DNA from: an uncultured Gemmatimonadaceae bacterium
GTDB taxonomy: Bacteria; Gemmatimonadota; Gemmatimonadetes; Gemmatimonadales; Gemmatimonadaceae
Reading direction: 5' to 3'
DNA length: 64,000 bases
Assembly (NCBI GenBank): GCA_963790305.1
Contig: CAWBOC010000009.1
Span: 896,001-960,000, forward strand
Shown: positions 50,467 to 59,837 of the stretch, piece by piece
Layout: each line of letters starts with the position of its first letter
Numbering within the stretch: position 1 is the stretch's first letter
Position numbers and translations under genes: made by a program
The notes under the pieces: generated by a model
Told to the model about the DNA's origin: nothing
The model's database searches: none
The model's input: only the letters and a program-made list of their open reading frames with translations

Positions 50467-53400
50467 TTACTGCTCCGCTCCAGCTACGGGATACGCCCCG
50501 ATCCAGTCGTTGCTGTTCCCGCTCACGCGCGCCGCCAGATTCCCCCACTCGATACCGTTGCCGACATACGAGGCCCCGGCTTGCCCGGACAGGCCCCACC
50601 GCGCCGTGCGATACAGCGCGTCGGTCATGCCGGAGAGGTTTCTGGTCCCTTCACCCAACAACGCGCCGGTCGAGCTGTACACCCGGAACGTCACGACGCC
50701 AGACGTCGACGACGTGCGGCTCAACCGCAATTCCAACCGCTGCACGCTGCCTTTGGTGATGCCCGACGCGAGGCGGATGTTGCTCTGCGCCGAATTGGCC
50801 ACGTCCAGGTTGTAGCTCCCCCCGCTCCCGGCTTCAATCAGCCACGCCCACTTCACATCACCGACGTTGCACTGATTGCCGTGATCGGCGCCGGTATTCG
50901 CTCCGTTCGGAAGCGAATTGCGAATGTACATGCGGAGGAAAACGAACTCACCAACGGCCGGAGCGCGCCACCGGGAATTCGCGACCCACTGCACATCGAG
51001 CGCACCCGCGTGGATGTTGCGCGCAACGTTGACCGTCCCCGACGGGAAGCCAAGTCCCGACGCCGGGACGATGACCGCGTTGGCGTTGGACGCCTCCCGA
51101 ACCAGACCTTTCGCTGTGAAGGTGCCAGACCGGAAATCCTCGAACCAGTCCAGTGAACACGTACCGCTACAGGGGGGTGGTGGTGGAGGTGGAGCGGTCA
51201 GGGTGATCGCGGACGTATCGGCGAGGATGCCGCCCTGCTGCGTGGCGATCACTCGGTAGCTGCCCCCGCTACTCCCCGCGGTATAGAGTCCCCCGCCGCT
51301 GATCGTGCCCCCGGTCGCCGTGTACGTCACCGTCGCCGGCTGCTGCGTCCCATTACTCATCTGGGCGGTGGCCGTGAACTGCTGCGTCGCCCCCGTAGCC
51401 AACGTCGCTGAGGCCGGCGTCAGGATGATCCGCTGCACCACTAGTGGCGGCGGAGGTGGCGGCGCGGTAACTGTCACCGCAGCCGTTCCGTTCCGGCCCT
51501 CGCTGGTAGCCGTGATGGTGACCGGACCGCCGGCGGCAACAGCCGTCACGACACCCGACGACGAGACCAAGGCGACCGCTGGCGTGCCACTACTCCAACT
51601 GATCGCGCGTCCAGTCAACACGTTTCCTGCCGCATCACGCAGCGTCGCCGCGAGCTGGACCGTTTGCCCGGCACCGATGCTTGCCGTCGCCGGGGTCACT
51701 GTCACCGTCGCCACAGGCGCCGGTGGCGGGGGACCTGCGTTGGTCACCGTTAGCGAAGGCGTCGCGCGATGCCTTCCGACACTCGCGACGATGGCAGCGC
51801 TTCCAGCGCCGCGACCGGTCGCCCGTCCGCTGGCGTCAATCGTGGCGTACCCGGGATGATTCGTGTACCAGCTCACCGGTACGCCCCGTGAGGACATTGC
51901 CCGCGGCGTCGCGCGCCGTCGCCGTCAGCTGCATGGTTTGGCCGATCGGCACGCTGCCCGACGCCGGCGCAATCGACAGGAATGCCACCGGCGCCTGAAG
52001 CGATGGCGGTGGTGGCGGGGCGGGGGAGGCGGCGCCGCATCGTGACGGTCAGCCAGACCGAGGCACCGTATGCCTTCGACGCTCGCGACGATGGCAGCGC
52101 TCCCAGCGCCGCGACCGGTTGCCCGTCCAGCTGGCGTCAATCGTCGCGTACCCGGGATGATTCGAGTACCACGTCGCCGTACGCCCGGTGAGGATGTTCC
52201 CGGCTGCGTCGCGCGCCGTCGCGTGAATTGCACGGTCTGCCCGACCTGGACACTGCCCGACGCTGGCGTGATCGACACGGATGCGACCGGCGCCTGCGAC
52301 GGCGGTGAGCCCCCGGTCACCGTGAGCGAGGCGTACGCCGCTCTGCCCTTCGCTCGTCGCGCGCAACACGGTGGTCCCCGCACTCACGCCGACGGCGCGG
52401 CCCGTGCCGTCCACCGTTGCCACGCCCGACCACTGAAGAGGTCCACGTCACCGCGCGACCTGTCAGAGGATTCCCCGCTGCGTCTCGCGGAGTCGCGACG
52501 AACTGAAGCGCCTGCCCGACCGGAACGGTGCCGGAGCCTGGGACCACGGACACGGACGCCACCGGTGTTGCTCCGGCGACCGTGATCGTCGAGCGTCCGG
52601 AAATGCCGCCCGCGCTGGCGGAGATGTCCGCCGTACCATTGGCGAGTGCGGTCGCGAGCCCGCTCGATGAGACACTGACAGCGCTCGGATTCGACGACGT
52701 CCAGGCGAACGTCGTTGCCACCGGATTCCCGGCGGCATCACGCGCGGTTGCCGCGAGTTGCGTCGACGCGCCAATGGCGAGCGATGCCGCCGCCGGGGTC
52801 ACGTCGATCGATGCGATGGTGGCCGGCGCCGCCTGCGAGACGACCACGTCGTCCACATACAGCGTCTGCGTTTGCGCGACCGGCGTCGGCGCGTATTGCA
52901 ATAGCTGGATCGAGCTGATTACGAGGTTCGTCGTGTTGCGAAAGCGGAGCCCCGTCCACTCGCCGCGAAGCGTTCCATCGATCCACATGCGCTGCACGCC
53001 ATTCGCCTGGCCGGGCGTGTTCGCCTGAACGAAAAACTCCACGCGATGCCACGCATTGCGAGTGAGGATGCCCTGCCCCTTGTACGTGGTGGGGAGCCCG
53101 ACGTCGCCCGAGCACTGTGTGCCCGTGCGCGGCATGTCCAGATGATAGGTCGAGAATCGCAGCGGCCCGGGGTCGCCCACGTCGGCGAAGACGAAGGAGT
53201 TGAAGAAATCATCCCCGGTCGGACAGACCCCAACCTTTCCGTGGGCCGACCATTGATTCGTTCGGCGTGAGCCATAGACGCCGAGGAGGTACGTGCCTCC
53301 GCGCCACGCGGCGGGAAAGCGGATCCAGTAGCTGACGTGCACCGACTCATAGCCAGGCAGGAGAAACTTGGTCAGCCAGCTTCCTTCTCCCCCTGCGGGA

Positions 53401-53648
53401 TACGTGACGGCCAGCGCGCGAGAACCCGAGCGCGCCAGAGTGGCGTCGGTGATGATGCGATGAACGGCGGGATCGGCACCGTCGTCCCATTTCGTGAGCG
53501 TTCCAGATTCGAAATCCTCCTGGAACAGCGGCGGCGCCGCGACGACGTCGAATGCGGGTACATCGACGGTACCCGTGGGCGTGTCATTGTCTGCACACGC
53601 GAGCAGGCCGATCGCGACCGCGACCGTGGCGAGCAGTGTGTTGCGCAT
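50467..53648 (-). CDS. Surface lipoprotein: polysaccharide-lyase-like beta-sandwich, Ig-like repeats and the same C-terminal domain as 47554-49974; multiple frameshifts at about 51770-52430
   Basis: ATG 53648, lipobox LLAC; FQEDFESG, VTYPAG, YWIRF, WHRVEF, NGVQRMWIDG and YVDDVVVS; Big_2 fragments continue across several frames into ORF 50467-51897. Confidence 0.78.
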
Positions 53649-53669
53649 GAATCTCCGAAAGCTGCGCAC

Positions 53670-53762
53670 ACTTCGGCGGCTCGACTGGCGTGGCGCACGT
53701 GTGTGCGCGGTAGCCTCGGAGCTTTGCGTCACCGCCTTTCGACGGGTTTGCCTTTGTCGCTA
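53670..53762 (-). ncRNA. c-di-GMP-I (GEMM-I) riboswitch
   Basis: Minus strand GCGACAAAGGCAAACCCGTC-GAAA-GGCGGTGACGCAAAGCTCCGAGGCTA...GCCAGTCGAGCCGCCGAA, about 20 nt before the ATG. Confidence 0.9.
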
Positions 53763-54068
53763 CCCTCACCAGGGCAGACGATCGTGCCTAGTTCATTTGT
53801 GCGACGTGGTTATTGCCTTGGTGCTTCTCCCAATGAAAGAAGCGGGAATGGCCGCGGCGTCGCGGTTGACGCGTGGCCTGTGCGCAAGGCGCGTGCGCAA
53901 GCGTGCCGCGCATCACGATATCTCGCACAAAGGCCGATATCCCTGCTGCGTCACCACATCGCGGTGACGCGTATCACGCACGAGCACGACATGCCTCACG
54001 AGTGACAAACAACTGTAGCGAGAGGCACGCGAATGGACAACCCGTGAACGAATTTTTTTTCTTTTTTT

Positions 54069-55250
54069 TTAGTCGAGCGCCAGACTCGATGCGGCGCGAC
54101 GCTTCCATCGACTCACGAGGTCGCCACCACTCGCGCGCTCGCCGGTCCACAGCGCACGCATGCCGACGGTGAGATAGCGCTGGTATCCACGCGAGTCCCA
54201 CCAGCGCGCGCCGAGCCAGATCATCGCGACCGACATGGCGAAGTACAACGGCCATGCGCGCGTGTAGGGAAGCTCCAGCAGGTGGAAGCCGACGTAGTAC
54301 ACGTAGAACTGGAGAATGAACGCGAAGAGCGAGGCTCGTCCAAGGATCGCCGACGCACGTACGCACATCGGCGCGTATCCCTTTCGAGCAATCCACAACA
54401 CGCCCGCGATCAGCCACAACCCGAACCCACCAAAGCCCGCCAGATACAGCGGCGCGGCCGGCAGCTTCTGCCACGGCGAGAAGAAATCGAATGTCGTCCC
54501 GCCGACCGACACCTGTCCCGTTCCGGACGGAAGCAGATACCACGCAGTGAACTTGGCGCAGATCACGACGGTTAGGCAGATCACCCCGGCCCAGGCCAAC
54601 GCGCGCTCGGCGCCGCCGGCGCGCCGGAGCTCCGCTCGCACCGCCAGCTGCCCGAGGACGGTACCGGCGAGATAGGTCGCCACCCAGGGCAGCACCGGAA
54701 AATTGTTCGCTCCCACCTCGGGAAACGTGCCAACGAGCAGATACCGCAGGCCGCGGAGCGCACTCGCGTCCGGCGCCCAGCCTAACGTCAACGTCACGCC
54801 GAGCGCGTACATCCCCCCAGCGAGCATGATGCGCTTACCGGGACCGATCCGCTGGACCAGCGTCGGGCCCATCAGCAATGCGACGCCAATCGCGTCGGTA
54901 ATGAAGCCGAGCTGCGCCGCCGATGAGAGGGAGCCTTGCCGCGGAATGGTCGAGAGCATGATGAGCGCGTGCCCAACGGTGAGCAGGAACACGCCACGAT
55001 CGAACAGCGTCAGGCGGAGACGTCCAAAGTCGGCGCGACGCGTCTCGTACAACATCGCGACGGTGATCCCGCTGATGAGCATGAAGGTGGGCGACGCAAT
55101 GCGACCGACGGTGTAGCACAGCACGCGCGCCGGGGGATCGCCCATGAGCCGGAAGTACTCGAGCCCGAAGTGGGAGAGGCATACGAACAGCATGGCGGCG
55201 CCGCGCGCCGCGTCGATTCCGTCGAGCCGTCCCTCCCGTCCACCCATCAC
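54069..55250 (-). CDS. Polytopic membrane acyltransferase-like protein (DUF1624/HGSNAT-like or OpgC-like)
   Basis: RLDGIDAARGAAMLFVCLSH, SPTFMLISG, FPVLPW, LGRASL; about 9-10 TMs. Confidence 0.7.
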   Translation of the reverse strand: MMGGREGRLDGIDAARGAAMLFVCLSHFGLEYFRLMGDPPARVLCYTVGRIASPTFMLISGITVAMLYETRRADFGRLRLTLFDRGVFLLTVGHALIMLSTIPRQGSLSSAAQLGFITDAIGVALLMGPTLVQRIGPGKRIMLAGGMYALGVTLTLGWAPDASALRGLRYLLVGTFPEVGANNFPVLPWVATYLAGTVLGQLAVRAELRRAGGAERALAWAGVICLTVVICAKFTAWYLLPSGTGQVSVGGTTFDFFSPWQKLPAAPLYLAGFGGFGLWLIAGVLWIARKGYAPMCVRASAILGRASLFAFILQFYVYYVGFHLLELPYTRAWPLYFAMSVAMIWLGARWWDSRGYQRYLTVGMRALWTGERASGGDLVSRWKRRAASSLALD

Positions 55251-55262
55251 ACCCCCACAGGC

Positions 55263-56801
55263 TCAGGCGTCGGTGCCGACTCCGACAAGGCGGCGGCGAC
55301 GACGCGAGCGGAGCGAGGTGACGAGCTCGCGCAGTATGCGCACCACCGCCGCGCGGTCGCGCGCGGACAGGACCGGTCCGTTCCACACCGCGAGGAGATA
55401 CGCCACGAAGATCGCGGCGCGTACCGGGATCGAGATCGCGAGCGGGACGACCGGGAGGAGGAGCGTCGCACTCCACGCCGCCACCGCGGTCGCCACGACG
55501 TACAGCACGGGGCGCCACCGATATTTCACGGGCCAGAGGCGCTGCGCGATCGAATACACGAGCACGTGTCGTGTCGCGAACGCGATCACCGTCGCCATGG
55601 CGGCACCGACGCCGAGATACCGCGGGATGAGCAGGGCATATCCGGCGAGCGCGACGATGGCGGCAATCCAGTTGGCGAGCGACACCAGCTCCGTCCGCTC
55701 GCGCACGAGGATCCCCGTGTCCTGGAGGCTCGTCCATCCCTGGAGCACGTACGCGACGAGGATGAGCGGGACCAGCCTGGCCGCATCATGGAACGGGGGC
55801 GCGGCCACAATGTGCAGGAAGTCGCCGACGAACAGGGCGATGCCTAACGCCACGGACACGACCATCACGTTCAGATACACAAAGCCGTCGGCCAGCAGGG
55901 CGTCACGGTCCGGGCGCTTCGCGATCTCGAACCGCTTCGGCTCCCATACCTGCATGAACGGCATGTACCCGATGAGAGCGACCATGAACCCGAACGTGTA
56001 CGCAAGCCCGTAGAGGCCGACAATGGCCGACCCGCCTTTGGCCTGGAGAAAGTACCGGTCGCCATAGGTCACGATGAAGGTCGCCGCCCATGTCGCCATC
56101 ATCGGCAGACCGTAGCGCAGGAGATCGCGCGTCGCGCGACGGGAGATGCGCAGTCCCACCTCGCGCACCACCCATGCGGTCATCCACCCGCCGACGATCA
56201 GGTTCGCGATGATGTTGCTCCACAACACGCCGGCGACGCCCCAGCGGAGCTCCACCACGAGCCACAGGTTCACGACGAGACTGATGAGAACCTTCACCGC
56301 GTTCGCGCCCACGAAGAGGAGCGCGCGATCGCGCACGCGGGCGTAGGCCAGCGGCACGGTGAGCATGCTCTGCAGGATGAATCCGACGGCAGCAATCCGC
56401 AAAAGCCCGGCGTTGGCGGCGGATCCCCAGACGAGCTGCGAGATCGGCGCGGCGGCGGTGAGCGCAATGGCGCCCACGAGCACGTAGCTGATCCCCAGTC
56501 CCAGCAGCGCCGTCGACACCACCGCGTTTCGCTCCGCCTCGGATTCGCCCTTGTGGTAGTACCGGAAGATTCCGAGGGCGATCTGCGCGCCGGCGAAGAT
56601 GGCGATGACCTCCAACGTCATCCCGATCAGCTCCAGGACCCCGTAGTCGGCCGGCGTCAGATAGCGGGTGTAGATCGGCAGCATCACGACGCTCAACGCG
56701 CGGCTGAGCAGAATGCCGACCGCATAGATGATCGTATGACGGCCGACACGTCTCATGTCGAAGGGACGCGCTGGAGCGGCAGCTGGAGCCGTGGGACTCA
56801 T
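55263..56801 (-). CDS. Wzx-type oligosaccharide flippase
   Basis: LPIYTRYLTPADYG, LLRYGLP, GDRYFL, VGLYGLA; 12 or more TMs. Confidence 0.9.
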   Translation of the reverse strand: MSPTAPAAAPARPFDMRRVGRHTIIYAVGILLSRALSVVMLPIYTRYLTPADYGVLELIGMTLEVIAIFAGAQIALGIFRYYHKGESEAERNAVVSTALLGLGISYVLVGAIALTAAAPISQLVWGSAANAGLLRIAAVGFILQSMLTVPLAYARVRDRALLFVGANAVKVLISLVVNLWLVVELRWGVAGVLWSNIIANLIVGGWMTAWVVREVGLRISRRATRDLLRYGLPMMATWAATFIVTYGDRYFLQAKGGSAIVGLYGLAYTFGFMVALIGYMPFMQVWEPKRFEIAKRPDRDALLADGFVYLNVMVVSVALGIALFVGDFLHIVAAPPFHDAARLVPLILVAYVLQGWTSLQDTGILVRERTELVSLANWIAAIVALAGYALLIPRYLGVGAAMATVIAFATRHVLVYSIAQRLWPVKYRWRPVLYVVATAVAAWSATLLLPVVPLAISIPVRAAIFVAYLLAVWNGPVLSARDRAAVVRILRELVTSLRSRRRRRLVGVGTDA

Positions 56802-56831
56802 GATCTCGGATACCGACGTCGCGACGGATGC

Positions 56832-57743
56832 CTAACGCGCCGCAACCAGCGACGCCGGCTCGGCCGGGCGCATCTCCTGGCGGGGAGGAGCCGGCCAATG
56901 CTGGCTCATCCACTCGGCCGCGGCGCCGACCACGAACTGCTGATGGTCGAGGCCAGTGAAGAGGTGGTCCGCGTCGGGGAGATACTCGACGCGCAGCTGG
57001 TCACGGAAGTCCACCGACCGGAACGCGGCGCGATACTGTGCGCGGTGGTTGAAGTGCTCTCCCTGACCGCCAGAGAACACGTTGAAGAAACGCACCCCAC
57101 GCTGAAGGAGCGTCCGCAGGTCGGCTGCGACCACGTCACGTGGCGGAAACACACGTCGATACTCGGGCGTGACGGCATCAGCGTCCGGACGAGCCGGAGC
57201 GGTGCCTTCCATGTCGGACCCGCGAACAACCCCGGCGAGCTTCCGGCGGAGCCAGTGCTTCCAGACGGACAGCTTGAGCACGCGGTTGCCGTAGTGACGC
57301 ACCCAATAGCCCAGGGTTCGATATGCCCACGCATCGAGCTGCACCATCCCCACGATCCGGGAGTCCGCTCCCGCCACCTTGAACGACATGTCGGCGCCCG
57401 AGCAAAGACCCATGAGCACGAACTCTCGCGCCCCTCTGGTGGCGGTGAGGTAGTCCATCGCCTCCTGCACATCGAGCACGGCGCTCTTCTCGAAGGGAAG
57501 GGTCTCACGACGCGCATCGCTGTCCCCGATCCCCGAATGATCAAAACGCATCACGGTGTAGCCGGCGGGTGCAAGCGCGCGCGCCAGCTTCACATGAATC
57601 CGACACGCTCCGACGTGATGCAGGATTCCGGAATTCAACATGATGACCGCCGGGCTGGTGTCGCGGTTCGCCGCATTCGACGCTTCCGTGACAATGCCAA
57701 CCAGGGACTTTGTCTTCCCGAACCGAACCGCTTTCTCCCTCAT
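56832..57743 (-). CDS. Alpha/beta-hydrolase-fold protein with Cys at the nucleophile elbow (resembles exosortase-associated hydrolase 1)
   Basis: RFDHSGIGDS, GLCSGA, DADHLF; ATG 57743 overlaps the upstream stop. Confidence 0.8.
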   Translation of the reverse strand: MREKAVRFGKTKSLVGIVTEASNAANRDTSPAVIMLNSGILHHVGACRIHVKLARALAPAGYTVMRFDHSGIGDSDARRETLPFEKSAVLDVQEAMDYLTATRGAREFVLMGLCSGADMSFKVAGADSRIVGMVQLDAWAYRTLGYWVRHYGNRVLKLSVWKHWLRRKLAGVVRGSDMEGTAPARPDADAVTPEYRRVFPPRDVVAADLRTLLQRGVRFFNVFSGGQGEHFNHRAQYRAAFRSVDFRDQLRVEYLPDADHLFTGLDHQQFVVGAAAEWMSQHWPAPPRQEMRPAEPASLVAAR

Positions 57744-59071
57744 GTCTTGCGCTCCTCGAGCGGTGGACGCCGCGTCGCCGCCACGGCGGGCGGTGGCCAA
57801 TGCCGGCGTATTTCGTCGGCGAAGGCAGCAGCGACCAGCTGGTTGCCGCGCGCGCTCAGGTGCACCCAACTGACCAGCACATCACGATCCTGATCGAGAC
57901 GGCCGATCACATCGGCGTATGCCACGTGGTTGGTGCGCGCCCATTCATTCAAGCGATCCATGAGAATGGCATGCGCCAGAAAGGTGAGCTCCTGGGGCGT
58001 CATCTTCTCATTCGCGCGCAGCCGTGCTTCGATTTGCGCGCGCTCCTGCCCATACGTCATTCCTTTCAGCGTCTGCCGTCCCACCGACTGCGAGTTCCGT
58101 TGCTGGGACGCAACCACGAACACAATGCCACGCTTCTTACACTCTTCGTTAATGAGTGAAAGGTGGCTCAGAAAATCCTTGGCAATTGCTTCGGAATGGG
58201 TGGCCACCACCTCCGGCGAGTGAGCGCGGTGCCACGGATTGTCCAGGAAATTGGCGATGAACGCGACCGTGAGCACGCGGCCGCCCACCATGCCTGCCAC
58301 CTTGCGGACGGCGCTCTGTTGCGTAAGCGCCTCCTCGAGGTGCATCGCATCGTTGTTGCCTTCGTAGAACGTGATGACATCCGGATTAAGGGGCAGCGCT
58401 TCATTGATCAGCAGCGCGTGTATGTTGGCCACCGTCAAATGCGGGATGCCGAGATTGATCACTTCAATGCTGTCACCGGGCAAGGATTCGTTCAACAGCT
58501 TTTCGAGATACACCGGATAGGTTTCGTCATCGCGCGCGAAATAGCCGAGCGTCGAAGATGCGCCGAGCGTGACCACGCGAATGGTGTGGGGCGCCTTCTT
58601 CTCGCTGAACTCACGTCCACGAAATCCTTTGCTGTTGATCGTCACCGGGAAGCGTTCACCGGTTTCGACATCGAAGTCGAAGCGCGATTGATTGGGATAG
58701 TACTTGGAATAACCACCCGCGACCGCATTCTGGTGTTGCTCGACCGAGCGAGTCGTCCACTGCGCCCGCTTGGAGGCCGCCAGATAGTGCTTCGCTTCCT
58801 TCTGTTGCGAAGTGTCCACCACCGCGGGCGCCTGCTGATCGGTCGGGTCAACCGAGTGACGGGCGAACCCCGTCCCGTACAGCAATACACTCGGCCCGAC
58901 GATCGTGGAGAAGTAAACCCGCACGGCCAGCTCGATCAGAGCGAACACGAACAGGCACAACACGAACGAAAACAAGACGCGCTTGCCACGGCCCAGTTGA
59001 CGATCCTGTTGCATTGAATCAGCCTCGGGGGTTGGGGCGGGGTGGTCTGACATCTCAGGCAACATTCGCAT
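57740..59071 (-). CDS. Membrane-anchored SGNH/GDSL-fold protein
   Basis: TM anchor; NSKGFRG, LGASST, EVINLG, EGNND, SWVH. Start uncertain. Confidence 0.78.
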   Translation of the reverse strand: MRMLPEMSDHPAPTPEADSMQQDRQLGRGKRVLFSFVLCLFVFALIELAVRVYFSTIVGPSVLLYGTGFARHSVDPTDQQAPAVVDTSQQKEAKHYLAASKRAQWTTRSVEQHQNAVAGGYSKYYPNQSRFDFDVETGERFPVTINSKGFRGREFSEKKAPHTIRVVTLGASSTLGYFARDDETYPVYLEKLLNESLPGDSIEVINLGIPHLTVANIHALLINEALPLNPDVITFYEGNNDAMHLEEALTQQSAVRKVAGMVGGRVLTVAFIANFLDNPWHRAHSPEVVATHSEAIAKDFLSHLSLINEECKKRGIVFVVASQQRNSQSVGRQTLKGMTYGQERAQIEARLRANEKMTPQELTFLAHAILMDRLNEWARTNHVAYADVIGRLDQDRDVLVSWVHLSARGNQLVAAAFADEIRRHWPPPAVAATRRPPLEERKT

Positions 59072-59837
59072 CGGTTAGCGACGCGACGATGCCCTGGATG
59101 ATCGATTGCGGGAGCAGCGCCGATCCGAAGCGGTCGATCTCGTCCCAGTTCCCCGCACTCGGAATGTGGCGGTAGGTCATGGCGACCCGACGACCCGCCA
59201 GCGCATCCCGGAAGGCCACGAACTCGGGACGCTCTTCGGACACCGTCATGATCACGCGACCGCTTGCGGGAGCAGGCAGGCGTCGAAGGTCGATTCCTTC
59301 CAATCCCTCGCGCATGCGGCTCGTGAGCGGGAAGCCCTTGATGCCGATCGTGCCTAACGTTCCGCCGCGACGTCCCGCGGCATCCGCCTGTTCCGTCAGC
59401 ACCATCTTTTCGACGTACGCCTTGCCGGCGACCACCGGATCCCACAGCACGATGCGGTCGAGATCCTTTCGCTCCCCCGCAACCGCGGCGGCGAGCGAGG
59501 CACCGACGCGCAGGCCAACGAGCGACACCTTGCTCACCCCTGCCGTATCCTTCAGCTCGTCGATCGCCGTCGAGATGTCGTGCGTCCAACGCGCCACATC
59601 GCCAGCGTCACTCTCGCCGGCGGAATCACCGGTCCCGAAGTAATCGAAGCGAAGCACCGAAAACCCGGCCTTGCTGAGCAGCATGGCCAGCTGTCTGAAC
59701 GCGCGGTGCGCGCGCATGTACTCCTGCCAGAGCGGATAGCAGAGAACGACCGCGGTGGGCCGGGCCGTTTGCGCTCTGGGCGGATGGTAGACGCCGTACA
59801 GCGGCTGCTTCGAGTTGCCGAAGAAAAACGGATTCAT
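59055..59837 (-). CDS. Alpha/beta-hydrolase-fold protein lacking the catalytic Ser (resembles exosortase-associated hydrolase 2)
   Basis: LRFDYFGTGDSAG, GLRVGA, LWDPVV. Confidence 0.8.
   Translation of the reverse strand: MNPFFFGNSKQPLYGVYHPPRAQTARPTAVVLCYPLWQEYMRAHRAFRQLAMLLSKAGFSVLRFDYFGTGDSAGESDAGDVARWTHDISTAIDELKDTAGVSKVSLVGLRVGASLAAAVAGERKDLDRIVLWDPVVAGKAYVEKMVLTEQADAAGRRGGTLGTIGIKGFPLTSRMREGLEGIDLRRLPAPASGRVIMTVSEERPEFVAFRDALAGRRVAMTYRHIPSAGNWDEIDRFGSALLPQSIIQGIVASLTDANVA

Noticed and set aside
49997..53762. cGAMP-sensing GEMM-Ib riboswitches
   Set aside because: Both aptamers have G, not A, at the position equivalent to Vc2 G20.
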